Positions 46,016-55,068 of a stretch of DNA of 63,449 nucleotides are shown piece by piece. The stretch comes from a virus. Its lineage: Duplodnaviria > Caudoviricetes. The DNA lies in the IMG/VR virus record IMGVR_UViG_3300024279_000009, positions 1 through 63,449 of that record; one strand, 5' to 3'. The position numbers and the translations under genes were made by a program. The notes below the pieces were generated by a model. It searched no databases and was not told the DNA's origin. It saw only the letters and a program-made list of their open reading frames with translations. Position 1 is the stretch's first letter; each line of letters starts with the position of its first letter.

Positions 46016-47103
46016 CTTCCGCTTCCCTCCTCCAAGCCTACGAATGGTGCGAACGGTGGGGCTACCAAGCCGCCCGTTTTGAAAAGCACCGCATGACCAC
46101 GATGCAGATGCTCAATTCCGCGGTGCGTGCCGGCCTGATTGAAAAGGAACGATCGGACTTCGGGGAAGTCGCCGGCGAGCACTTCATGGGGCTGGCTCAG
46201 AATCGGGGCATCTCAGACGTTGAAGGGCATGCTCTCTACGACGCCGCAATTCACCACGCCTGCCTTTCGGACATCCTAACGACGGCGATTCGGAAGGGCG
46301 ATCCCTGGAAACTAGCTATCAATGCCCGCCAGAGGTTCCACGTTCAACCCTGGCAGTCTGGGGCATTCCTGGATCCATCTGGAGACTGCTTGCGGGGATT
46401 CCTGCTCGTTTCATCGTGGGGTGAGGAACGCCAGTATTCGGCCCTACGGTCCTGGCAGGTCATCGGGGAAGTCTGCCAATACAAGATCCCGATGAAACTG
46501 GCTGTGGCTGTGATTGGTCCTCGGGTAAGCGCACGGCGCCGGAGCCACTGGACCCAAGCCCGCATGCATCCTCAGAATAAGGCTTTACGCTTCCAACGCC
46601 GCGGGAAGGGCTGGACCAGCGGATTCAAGGAAAGCTGGCAGGTGGTTTGGCGAGAGGACCACGCCGAACTGACTCGGGAAGAATGGCTCCAGGCCATGCT
46701 GGACGATGGGGTACTTCAGGATGTTCTGTTTGTGGTGGACGTTCCGGTACCCGGGGAAGTCGAACAGGAGCGTGTCCGGTCGATGGCTCTTAGGAAACTG
46801 GAAACTCTAGGGGCACTGGAAGCACTTCCGGGTCCGTCTCTGTCTGTCTGTCAGGATCCAATTCATCCTTGTCCGTTTCGGTTGTGCTGTTGGTCGCAGC
46901 CTGAATCCCGACCTGAAGATGGCGGCTATGACCAGATCGAAACCAAGCTTCCCACTTCGGCCAAAGGTCCGGCCAAGCCAGCCCTTGAGTCAGATGGGCG
47001 GCTTTCCTCCCTACCTGTTGAACAGCTTTCACCCAGTCGGCAACTCGATAGATCGGACGGAAGTTGTTGTACAGCCCCTCCATCCTCTGCCCAGAGTCAG
47101 TAA
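46012..47103 (+). CDS. Divergent Cas4/PD-(D/E)XK-like protein
   Basis: SASLLQAYEWCERW N-terminus and C..PCPFRLCC C-terminal cluster; catalytic motif not evident. Confidence 0.5.
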   Translation: MTSASLLQAYEWCERWGYQAARFEKHRMTTMQMLNSAVRAGLIEKERSDFGEVAGEHFMGLAQNRGISDVEGHALYDAAIHHACLSDILTTAIRKGDPWKLAINARQRFHVQPWQSGAFLDPSGDCLRGFLLVSSWGEERQYSALRSWQVIGEVCQYKIPMKLAVAVIGPRVSARRRSHWTQARMHPQNKALRFQRRGKGWTSGFKESWQVVWREDHAELTREEWLQAMLDDGVLQDVLFVVDVPVPGEVEQERVRSMALRKLETLGALEALPGPSLSVCQDPIHPCPFRLCCWSQPESRPEDGGYDQIETKLPTSAKGPAKPALESDGRLSSLPVEQLSPSRQLDRSDGSCCTAPPSSAQSQ

Positions 47104-48109
47104 CCAGCATCGAAGGTTCCATGAATTCCACGTGCCCTCCGTAGCGGCCGGTCACGCAGGGTGTTCCGCATGCCAAGCTTTCGAAGATAGGGTAGCCGAA
47201 TCCCTCTCCTGAGCCAATTCCCAATGTCACGTCGCATCCGCTGTAAATCTGCGCCGTCAAGTCGTCGCTGATGAGGGAAGTGTTCACGATGGCCTGTGGC
47301 AGCAACCCGTAGTCCATCAGGAGCGCCGGGATGCTCCAGTAGCGTTCCAGGATGTCGGTTTGGATGAACAGCCTCACAGGGCGCGTCTTGGCGAGTTCTG
47401 CCACGACTCTGACGGCTAGGCCGTAGTCCTTGCGAGCCTGGTTGGTCGCCACGATCCCGATGAGAAGTTCCTCATTACCGATTTCAGGCCCCTGGAAGCC
47501 CATGTGCTTGTGGAAGACGCGGCGGGATTCCCAGTGATCACGGCGCCGAAAGACTCGCGTGTCAATTCCGTGGGGCAGGAACGACAGGTCTCGTTTCTGG
47601 GATTCCTTGCCCAAGAGAGTCTCGGCCATCAATCCCTCTGCCCATTTGGTGTAGGTCAGAACGCGGTCATAGCCTAGCAGGACTTCACGGAGCATGCAGG
47701 AGAGCTTTCCGTTGGGGCCCGCCGCGTCCACAGGGAAGTATCCCCACTTTTCAAACGGTGGATGCTTCAGCCACTCGGCCATAGTTTTATCCGGGCAGGC
47801 TTGGGGGAAGTCCGGTCGGGAGAACCAAAGCAGCCGACTGGCGTCCCAGACCGTCATGAGGATTCCGCGTTCTTCGCCGGCAAAGTCCTCCCAGACTTCC
47901 CGCAACGTCGGGATGTACCAGTCGCGCATTTCCTCAATGGCATACTGCTGGATAGGAATGTGGCGGCTCCCGAATCCTCCGTAGCCGAGTGCGCCAACGC
48001 GGAAGATGTCCGAACAGTTGTCGTGAAGGTGGATAGCCAGGTCACGGGTAATGCGGCCCAGGCCAGAGCAAGCGGAAACGGCGTCGCCGACGAGAAGCAG
48101 TGGAGTCAA
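46790..48109 (-). CDS. GT-B fold glycosyltransferase (GT4-like)
   Basis: SGLGRI, PHGIDTRVF, NQARKD and GEGFGYPIFESLACGTP motifs. Confidence 0.9.
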   Translation of the reverse strand: MTPLLLVGDAVSACSGLGRITRDLAIHLHDNCSDIFRVGALGYGGFGSRHIPIQQYAIEEMRDWYIPTLREVWEDFAGEERGILMTVWDASRLLWFSRPDFPQACPDKTMAEWLKHPPFEKWGYFPVDAAGPNGKLSCMLREVLLGYDRVLTYTKWAEGLMAETLLGKESQKRDLSFLPHGIDTRVFRRRDHWESRRVFHKHMGFQGPEIGNEELLIGIVATNQARKDYGLAVRVVAELAKTRPVRLFIQTDILERYWSIPALLMDYGLLPQAIVNTSLISDDLTAQIYSGCDVTLGIGSGEGFGYPIFESLACGTPCVTGRYGGHVEFMEPSMLVTDSGQRMEGLYNNFRPIYRVADWVKAVQQVGRKAAHLTQGLAWPDLWPKWEAWFRSGHSRHLQVGIQAATNSTTETDKDELDPDRQTETDPEVLPVPLEFPVS

Positions 48110-48552
48110 GGCAGGATTTCCTCACCAGGAACGTCGGGTAGAAGTTCGTCTTCCGCAGGGACCGCATGGCCCGTCGCGCCGGCCGGGATTGATCCGGCTG
48201 TGCTGGTGTCAGGCATAGTGAATCGGCGCAGGTGCAGAGGAACCTTGGCGAGAGCTTCACTGTTGAAGAAGGCGGGGGCGAGTGGCCTGGGGTTTTCTAT
48301 ATCTAGTGACACCACCTTCATCTGACCCGAAATATAATCTGACGGCGCCTTCAAGAAGACGTTATCTGGCGACAGGGTAGCGATGATCTGTTCGAGTCGC
48401 GGGATCTCCTGCTTCAGCCCCTCTGCCTTCACCAGACAGCGTTGCAGTTCAATCCGCGCTCGCTCGATGCGCTTCTGTGCCGCGGCGAGGGCCCGGGCGT
48501 AGGGGTCACGGGTGCGGGGCTTCTTGGTCGGGTCTTTGGGGCGGCGTGGCAT
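48106..48552 (-). CDS. Coiled-coil hypothetical protein
   Basis: GGAGG site; overlaps the start of the GT4 gene. Confidence 0.7.
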   Translation of the reverse strand: MPRRPKDPTKKPRTRDPYARALAAAQKRIERARIELQRCLVKAEGLKQEIPRLEQIIATLSPDNVFLKAPSDYISGQMKVVSLDIENPRPLAPAFFNSEALAKVPLHLRRFTMPDTSTAGSIPAGATGHAVPAEDELLPDVPGEEILP

Positions 48553-48604
48553 CCTATCCTCCAGAGTTGACTACCATACAGCGACTATCATATACTACCA
48601 TTCT

Positions 48605-49153
48605 ATGGCTCACGAAGAGAAAAAAGCTGCTTGCGCTGTATGCAGCAAGGAGTTCACTTATAAATGGCCGCAGGCCCGAGCGAAGTTTTGCTCCAAGCAG
48701 TGCCGCCTCAAGGACTGGGTGACCAGACACCACGAAGAACTGTTGGAGCGTGGTCGAATCTATCGATCTGTCCATGCCGCTAAGAGGAGAGAGACTCTTC
48801 GTAGGTACCACTCCGGCAAAGGAAAGGAGACGGCTAAAAAGTGGAGGGAGAAAAACTGGGATCGTCTCTCTGCCGAACTCAACCAGAGATACCATAACGA
48901 CCCAGAATATCGAAAAAAACTTCATTCTCGGTCGAAGGCGAACAAGATTCTGAAAGAGTCTGATCGTGAGTATTCCTGTCAAGGGTGCGGTTCCAATAGG
49001 AGGTTGCACTGCCATCATATCAACCTCAACAGCCTGGACAACGATCTTGCTAATCTGATGTGGCTTTGTCATTGGTGCCACATGCGGGTACACTCGGAGG
49101 AGAGAGAAACAGCGCGGCGTATTCAGGCGTCCCTGGGTAACACTTCCACTTAG
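48605..49153 (+). mobile_element. HNH homing endonuclease, antisense within the GT operon
   Basis: CAVCSKEF..KFCSKQC N-terminus; CQGCG..HCHHIN..NDLANLMWLCHWCH; own promoter TTGACT-18-TATACT at 48567-48596. Confidence 0.85.
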
Positions 49154-49784
49154 CGAAGAACTTCTCGCGGTTCTTCCTGGATGCTTCCTCTATAGCCACT
49201 CGGTCCTCCGATGAGGAGTTTTTCAGTGTTCCGGAAGCGATGTGATAGAAGGGTAGACCGATAGTATACGCCTCGATTCCAGCTTGGTGAAGTCGTACGT
49301 GGTAATCGTTGTCCTCATAATACGCTGGGAAGAATTGCGTGTCGAACGGACCCACTTTCTCCCAAACTTCCTTGCGGATCAGATAGCAGCTGAAATCAGG
49401 GTGTGGTCGCACAGCTTTGACGAACGGCCCCAGGATGTCCTCGGGATTGTTCACTCCTACCGCTGTAACGAATCCACCTCCGTCAGCTAGTAGTTCTCGG
49501 TACGTATCTTTGCGGAGGATCGTATCGTTGTTGACCACGAGAACATGGTCGCATCCCGACTCAAAGAAGAAACGCAGCCCGTAGTTCCATCCAAGGGACA
49601 CGCCGATCTGAGGGGAGAATCGCGCCATGTGGATGCCCTTTTCCGCCAGCCATTCCTTCGTCCCATCGCCGGAGTCGTTGTCCACACAGAGCAGCCGGAC
49701 AGGGATGTCTTGGTTGAGGACTGACTCGACGGAGCGCTTGGTCAGTTCCAGGGCGTTGTGACACAGCATCAGGACTGCGTTCAT
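49050..49784 (-). CDS. Glycosyltransferase family 2
   Basis: VDNDSGDGT, WNYGL, VNNDT and FDTQFFPAYYEDND motifs; ATGA-coupled start. Confidence 0.9.
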   Translation of the reverse strand: MNAVLMLCHNALELTKRSVESVLNQDIPVRLLCVDNDSGDGTKEWLAEKGIHMARFSPQIGVSLGWNYGLRFFFESGCDHVLVVNNDTILRKDTYRELLADGGGFVTAVGVNNPEDILGPFVKAVRPHPDFSCYLIRKEVWEKVGPFDTQFFPAYYEDNDYHVRLHQAGIEAYTIGLPFYHIASGTLKNSSSEDRVAIEEASRKNREKFFAKWKCYPGTPEYAALFLSPPSVPACGTNDKATSD

Positions 49785-50305
49785 TTGATTGCCTCGCAAG
49801 TTGCCATCCACCAGTCGGTAGCGATGTCTGTTCCTTCTGGTGCTGGTCCGGTGTAGGTGTGCATCATCGACCAAGGGGCCAAGTTTCCGATGTAGTTCAT
49901 CAATCCGATTCCAGACCATCCCCACTTGTGGCGGTCGGCCTCGTCTCCCATGTAGGCGCCGTACAGGTTGGTGACGTAGATTTGTTCGGAGATCAACGGC
50001 ATATCGTGCCACTTTCTCGTGAACGCCCGAGCCAACTTCTCGAGGTCCGGCGTGGCAACAATCAGTCTTCCTCCAGGTTGCAGGATGCGGTGGCACTCCT
50101 TGATGATCGGGTCGGCTTCTCCGCAACCGAAATGTTCTATGACGTGCCACAGAATGATGATCTCGGCTGACTCGTCTGCGAACATCGGCATTGAGCGGAT
50201 GTCGGCCAACACGTCGGGGTTCCACTTTTCCTGGCAATCCACGTTCGTCCAGGTAGGACTCGAGAACGGTCTTTGGCCAGAACCAAGGTTGAGCTTCAAA
50301 CTCAC
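49781..50305 (-). CDS. Class I SAM-dependent methyltransferase
   Basis: KLNLGSG, HVIEHF and ECHRILQPGGRLIVATPD motifs. Confidence 0.9.
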   Translation of the reverse strand: MSLKLNLGSGQRPFSSPTWTNVDCQEKWNPDVLADIRSMPMFADESAEIIILWHVIEHFGCGEADPIIKECHRILQPGGRLIVATPDLEKLARAFTRKWHDMPLISEQIYVTNLYGAYMGDEADRHKWGWSGIGLMNYIGNLAPWSMMHTYTGPAPEGTDIATDWWMATCEAIK

Positions 50306-51003
50306 TTCGCACCTCCGTACAACTTGTCAAACCATTCCTGAAGTCCCGGTGCGCGGCCGCCGAAGTGGAGGAACATGGGGCAGGTGTCAGTTATGTCGTT
50401 GTAGGCTTGTGGAAGACGAGGAATTTCGGTAACGCATGTAGTAACGCAAACGTGTGGCTGTGAGTTATGCCCCATGATCTGGAACACCGCGCAGCGCGAG
50501 TCTACAGTGAACGGCACTCCTCCTTCGTGCATCCGGTGGAGCATTTCCTGAGTGCTGCCGCCTGCTGTCTGCTCCCACTTGCCGGAAAGGAACTCGCTCC
50601 ATAGCTCCAGGATGGCTTGCTTCGTTCCGACATACTGCCCACCGCAAGCTGATCTCCACGGCGTTCCGTTGTCAGGGTAGGACTCAAACCACGGTCCAGC
50701 GGGCCAGCATTCGTCATTGGCTGAAACGAACAAATTGCCCTTGGCCTTGTCCACGTGGCGCATGACTTCAGCTTCGTCCCATCGGTTTACGATCACATCG
50801 AAGGCATCAGTGACGAGGATGTAGTCGGAGTCGATCTTGTCAACGAACTCCATGAATCCTGGAAGGCCGGCGAGGTGCGGGTAGTTCTGCCCGAGTCCAT
50901 GAACGTGGAGGGGCAAGCCGACGATTCTGGCGCTCTCTCGGATGAAGAACCAATCGCTGTCGTTGTTGGTGAAGGCGGTAGTTACGACCGATACGTTTTT
51001 CAT
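50302..51003 (-). CDS. GT-A glycosyltransferase resembling the PLOD/procollagen GT domain
   Basis: ILVTDAFDVIV, FVSANDECWP, GGQYVG, VDSRCAVFQ and LHFGG pattern. Confidence 0.7.
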   Translation of the reverse strand: MKNVSVVTTAFTNNDSDWFFIRESARIVGLPLHVHGLGQNYPHLAGLPGFMEFVDKIDSDYILVTDAFDVIVNRWDEAEVMRHVDKAKGNLFVSANDECWPAGPWFESYPDNGTPWRSACGGQYVGTKQAILELWSEFLSGKWEQTAGGSTQEMLHRMHEGGVPFTVDSRCAVFQIMGHNSQPHVCVTTCVTEIPRLPQAYNDITDTCPMFLHFGGRAPGLQEWFDKLYGGAK

Positions 51004-51131
51004 CGTCTGCTTTCCTCGATGATCGCCAAGTAGACCGTCGTGATCCAGGCTCCGAAAAGCATGCCGCAGATGAAGATGAACCAGATGCCCAACAGGATCA
51101 TCGGTGGGCTTGCCAGTTGGTCGCAGTTCAT
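51000..51131 (-). CDS. Single-TM peptide (43 aa)
   Basis: ILLGIWFIFICGMLFGAWITTVYLAII; ATGA-coupled at both ends. Confidence 0.65.
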   Translation of the reverse strand: MNCDQLASPPMILLGIWFIFICGMLFGAWITTVYLAIIEESRR

Positions 51132-51706
51132 GCGGTCCTCTGGAAGATTCCAAGGCAGCCGACTCTTGGCAACTCTTCCCACTTTCCAGGAAGGTCAGCG
51201 ATTAAGGAGCGTACCAGTTTGGCGTCAACTGTGGGGTAGACGTTCGGCAACTGGAAATCACCAACGTCGTGGTAGAGAGCATAGCCGCCGACTTGGACGC
51301 AGGACGCAAAGCGCTGAGTATCCGAACGAACGTACTCCTCCCAATGGTTTCCGTCTATCAACACGCATCCCGGCATCGGCACGAAGCTGTTCTTGCTGTC
51401 TTCGCAGCATAACGTGAAGGGATGCCCAATCTTTCGAGCGAGAGATGTCCATGCGTCGATCGCCTCCGGGGGATCAATAAAGGGGTCGATCCCGACGTAT
51501 CGCAATTTCCTCTCCTTGGCTACGGAAAGGGCGATGCTGCTGGAGCGTCCGAATTGTAGACCAATCTCGACTACGGGATATTTTGAGTCGGACGGCATCC
51601 CCATGAGGATGTCGAAGTAGGCGCGGCACTCCGGCTCTTCGAAGGCCGCGGAACTACTGATCGTGCGGGTTAACTGCATCACTTGTTCAAAGGTTAGGCT
51701 CATCAT
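51128..51706 (-). CDS. Class I SAM methyltransferase (Methyltransf_24-like)
   Basis: VVEIGLQFGRSS, GIDPF, IDGNHWEE and GGYALYHD motifs. Confidence 0.85.
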   Translation of the reverse strand: MMSLTFEQVMQLTRTISSSAAFEEPECRAYFDILMGMPSDSKYPVVEIGLQFGRSSSIALSVAKERKLRYVGIDPFIDPPEAIDAWTSLARKIGHPFTLCCEDSKNSFVPMPGCVLIDGNHWEEYVRSDTQRFASCVQVGGYALYHDVGDFQLPNVYPTVDAKLVRSLIADLPGKWEELPRVGCLGIFQRTA

Positions 51707-52386
51707 GGCACCTTGTAGGGAAGCACGTCTCGGTAGGTATCGTAGATGTAGCGGTGGGCGTCGTCGTACTGCTTCTGCGCTTCCGGGCCGGAGCCTTTTC
51801 CTAGTTTGACGAAGGTGGCTCCTCCGTAGTGCTTGCAGGAGATGCCGACGACGCGGATTTTGTAACCCTGGCGTCGAGTCTCCGCAGACAACCAGTAATC
51901 GTAACAAGCGTACCCAATTGGAGTCCCGACCGGCCAACCCCCGGCCTTCTCAAGAATGGAACGTCGGACGATAAGGGCAAAACCATCGAGCACAGCAACA
52001 TCCGTTGAGGCGGTAAATCGTTTTCCGTGAACATCGGCGTCCTCCATATTCGACAAGAAGTGGGCGCGCGCTAGTTGGCGGTAGTCGTAGGGATCGCGGT
52101 AGAGTCCAGGAGTTCCGTGCTCCAAGGCTCCTCCGAATCCAACGAGTCCTACGGTTGGATCATCAAACTCCTGAAGCACGCGGCCACACCAGAGCAGATC
52201 ATTGATTCTCGTGTCGTCGTGAAGGAAGGCGATCACTTCGTAATTCTTCAGGACCCTCCACGCTTGATCGTAGGCGGGAAGGATGCCACCGCTTCCGTCT
52301 ACCACGAGCGCCATTCCTCTCCAGGAGAGTAGGCACTCGCTCAACGTATCGGCTCCAGCATGTGCGGTCACGACGGCGAGCTTCAT
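51703..52386 (-). CDS. Glycosyltransferase family 2-like
   Basis: IAFLHDD, VGLVG, VAVLDGFAL and CYDYWLS motifs. Confidence 0.85.
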   Translation of the reverse strand: MKLAVVTAHAGADTLSECLLSWRGMALVVDGSGGILPAYDQAWRVLKNYEVIAFLHDDTRINDLLWCGRVLQEFDDPTVGLVGFGGALEHGTPGLYRDPYDYRQLARAHFLSNMEDADVHGKRFTASTDVAVLDGFALIVRRSILEKAGGWPVGTPIGYACYDYWLSAETRRQGYKIRVVGISCKHYGGATFVKLGKGSGPEAQKQYDDAHRYIYDTYRDVLPYKVP

Positions 52387-53087
52387 TCGACCCTCACTCC
52401 CGGGAAATCCTGGATCAGCTCAGCCCCCGGTACCGCTTGTCCGAAGGTATCGGTGCGGCTGCAATTCAACACGACAGGCGGATCAATCTTGCCAACCTTC
52501 AGGCCGGCCGCTTTGACTCTTTGGGTCATCAGCCAATCTTCACCCTTGCGGACTCCGGGTTCCTCGGCCAATGGTCCGAAGCGGTCCCAAGTTTCCCACT
52601 CCATGAGCCAGGACTGAGAGGAGAGAGCAAGGTTCTCCTGGATGGAGTGAATCCCGTTGAAGACTCGATCTACTGTTCCCTCGGCTGGCAGGTGGTAGGG
52701 GTGATTGTAACCGCCAAGGATTCCGTAGCCAAGATCCTTCGCAACGGCCCATGCTTCCAGAAGTGTTTCCAGCCATCCTGGAGTAAAAAAACAATCGTTA
52801 TCACCAGCGTAGAGCATGTCGCTGCGCCCAAATTGTCTCTCGGAGGCTAGGATGGCTTGGTTTCTTGCAGCGCCCGCGCTACCGGTTGTCTTGAATCTGC
52901 GCTCCACGTGGAACTGCATCGTGGGATGCGGGATTGCCGCATAGCCTTGGATGATCCGGTACGTTGGGTCCAAGCTGGCGTCGTCCAGGATGGTGCATGT
53001 CGCTGGAACTTGGGTGTTGCGGACGCTGTGGAGAGTCTGCTCCGTGAGCCACGGGCGATCGCGGCAGATTAGACAAATATTTACCAC
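52383..53087 (-). CDS. Glycosyltransferase family 2
   Basis: ILDDASLD, GAARNQAI, DND and GEDW motifs. Confidence 0.85.
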   Translation of the reverse strand: MVNICLICRDRPWLTEQTLHSVRNTQVPATCTILDDASLDPTYRIIQGYAAIPHPTMQFHVERRFKTTGSAGAARNQAILASERQFGRSDMLYAGDNDCFFTPGWLETLLEAWAVAKDLGYGILGGYNHPYHLPAEGTVDRVFNGIHSIQENLALSSQSWLMEWETWDRFGPLAEEPGVRKGEDWLMTQRVKAAGLKVGKIDPPVVLNCSRTDTFGQAVPGAELIQDFPGVRVE

Positions 53088-53365
53088 TGATCGTCTCCAC
53101 GAGGTTTGCTGGCGCGTGGCTGGCGTGGAGTCGCTTCGTTGACGTTAAGCGCGCGGCCGCCTTCCTTGTAGCCGTCCAATCCTTGAAGCGCATCTTGAGC
53201 CTGGGACTCGGTTTCCATCTCCACGAATCCGAAGCCTCGCGTCCTTCCAGTTTCCCGGTCGGTGGGGATGGTGACGCTGACGACCTGCCCGTATTCCTCG
53301 AACATCTCGCGGAGGCGGTCTTCGTCGGTGGCGAAGGGCAGATTACCTACGAACAATTTTTTCAC
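53081..53365 (-). CDS. RRM (RNP-1) RNA-binding protein
   Basis: LFVGNL (RNP2) and RGFGFVEM (RNP1); AGGAG site before GTG at 53365. Confidence 0.95.
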   Translation of the reverse strand: MKKLFVGNLPFATDEDRLREMFEEYGQVVSVTIPTDRETGRTRGFGFVEMETESQAQDALQGLDGYKEGGRALNVNEATPRQPRASKPRGDDQW

Positions 53366-53472
53366 TTGGATTCTCCTGGGGCATCCAGCCTTGTTTTGCA
53401 TCGGGGGCATGACTTGGGGTCTTTGACCCGCGACTGCCACTTGTATCGGCACTTGGGGCACTTCTGTTGCAT
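53362..53472 (-). CDS. 36-aa zinc-finger microprotein (absent from the ORF track)
   Basis: MQQKCPKCRYKWQSRVKDPKSCPRCKTRLDAPGESK; GTGA overlap with the RRM gene. Confidence 0.75.
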   Translation of the reverse strand: MQQKCPKCRYKWQSRVKDPKSCPRCKTRLDAPGESK

Positions 53473-53480
53473 GGGTGTTG

Positions 53481-53509
53481 AGGATACTACCATTATTATT
53501 ACTAGTCAA
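53481..53509 (-). promoter_or_regulatory. Promoter of the RRM/GT operon
   Basis: TTGACT-17-TATCCT with AT-rich spacer; ATG 8 nt downstream. Confidence 0.75.
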
Positions 53510-53512
53510 GAT

Positions 53513-54811
53513 TTAACTTGCGCTCTCCGCTTCCAGGGCTGACAGGGCATCGGCGGCTGCGTCCATCGTCAACGGTAGCGTGGGCTGCTCTTTTTGCCAG
53601 CGCCTTACGGTCATAGCGCAGTAGTCGGTGGATAACTCCACTCCGGCGAAGTGGAATCCTTGGACAGACGCCGCAAGTCCAGTGCTGCCGCTCCCGCAGA
53701 ATGGATCAAGTATCGTCCCTCCTAGTGGCGCGACCAATCGGCAGAGGTATTTCATCAGTTCGCGCGGTTTGACGGTCGGGTGAGTGTTTCCTTCTCCTCG
53801 ATCCTCGTTGTCGGCTTTGGCGCAGTAGAAGAAGCGGGCGGCAGAACCTGCGTCGGCACCTCGAGCCGCTTCGCATTCTTCTTGTCCCTCGAACTCTGCA
53901 TAGGTATTGCGAAACTTTGGAGATCCTCGACGAGTCGGATTGGCTCCGCTCTCTTGGATCGGAAAGCGCTGCAGGACTTCCTCGCTGCCGTCGTGGATGA
54001 GGTTGGCGGGCCATCGGCCAGTATCTGTATCCATCTCTCCGGTGCGGTTGCTGCCCTTCAGTCCATCTGAGTAGCAGTTTGCCGCTGGCTCCGCACGATT
54101 GATAAACTTCGGAACTCCGTCTTTGGCTGGAACCCGGCATCCGTCTATGTTCAGCGCTCCCGTTCCCCACTTCAGCACGTTGGCCGCGACGGTCGGTTCG
54201 CTCAGCGGCTTACGCGCCAGGATGATCGGCTCCCAAGCAGGTTTTAGTGCCGTACCCCATCCTTCCCATTGTTCGCCTTGGGCAGTTGCTGGCTTGGTTA
54301 TAGTCGGAACGTATTCGCGACCGTTGTCTTTGATCCATGATCCAGTTTCATTCTGGTCGGCACCCGGGATCATCCTCCTGACTGGCTTACCTTCAGACAC
54401 GACAGTGCGCTCCAGTTTCTCAAGTCCGAACAGCGGCAACCCAACTCCAATGGATTTGTCGATCGCCTTCGACACGTCCAATGACTTCGGAAACCCTGAG
54501 CCGTAAACCCACATCACTGTATCTCGTATTTCCCACCCTGCATCCTCGATCGCGCAGGCCAAGCGGTGGAAGGTGCGCGTCCCTCCAAAGGCCAACAAGT
54601 GCGCTCCAGGCTTGGCTACGCGCAGAGCCTCTCGCCAGAACAAGACTCCTGGAATGCCGTGGTCCCAGTCCTTTCCCATAAACGACAGCCCGTAAGGTGG
54701 ATCCGTCACGACAGCATCGACCGAATTGGCGTTCAGCGAAAGCAACACCTCGAGCGCATCTCCGTTGTACAGGGTCAGTCCAGCGCGGTCGTCCTGGAAG
54801 TAAGGCTTCAC
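53513..54811 (-). CDS. DNA N4-cytosine/N6-adenine methyltransferase (beta class)
   Basis: VTDPPYG, HPTVKP and LDPFCGSGST motifs. Confidence 0.95.
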   Translation of the reverse strand: MKPYFQDDRAGLTLYNGDALEVLLSLNANSVDAVVTDPPYGLSFMGKDWDHGIPGVLFWREALRVAKPGAHLLAFGGTRTFHRLACAIEDAGWEIRDTVMWVYGSGFPKSLDVSKAIDKSIGVGLPLFGLEKLERTVVSEGKPVRRMIPGADQNETGSWIKDNGREYVPTITKPATAQGEQWEGWGTALKPAWEPIILARKPLSEPTVAANVLKWGTGALNIDGCRVPAKDGVPKFINRAEPAANCYSDGLKGSNRTGEMDTDTGRWPANLIHDGSEEVLQRFPIQESGANPTRRGSPKFRNTYAEFEGQEECEAARGADAGSAARFFYCAKADNEDRGEGNTHPTVKPRELMKYLCRLVAPLGGTILDPFCGSGSTGLAASVQGFHFAGVELSTDYCAMTVRRWQKEQPTLPLTMDAAADALSALEAESAS

Positions 54812-55068
54812 TTCCCCTCCGGCAGCACAATCTGATGTTCACAGACGTAAGCCGCTCTCGGTGGTCCTCCGTGGATGCGTTGTACTTCGTCCTCTGGAAT
54901 GCGGTAGACCGCCCTTGTTCCGCAGTTCCAGGTTGAGGCCGGAGGATACGCAGCGTCCGAGACACGGATTTCTTGCCCGCGCCACTTCTTCCAATCCGCA
55001 AATGGCCCGTCAACAGGGTTCTCTCCGTGCTTCGGGAACTCCTCAGTGTCTACCAGTTTGACGATCAT
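54808..55068 (-). CDS. Hypothetical protein
   Basis: Coupled at both ends. Confidence 0.6.
   Translation of the reverse strand: MIVKLVDTEEFPKHGENPVDGPFADWKKWRGQEIRVSDAAYPPASTWNCGTRAVYRIPEDEVQRIHGGPPRAAYVCEHQIVLPEGK

Noticed and set aside
49785-50330. N-terminal extension making GT2 426 aa (likewise extensions of 51128..51937, 5046..6431 and 53081..53509)
   Set aside because: The extensions overlap clear genes in other frames; coupled internal starts fit better.
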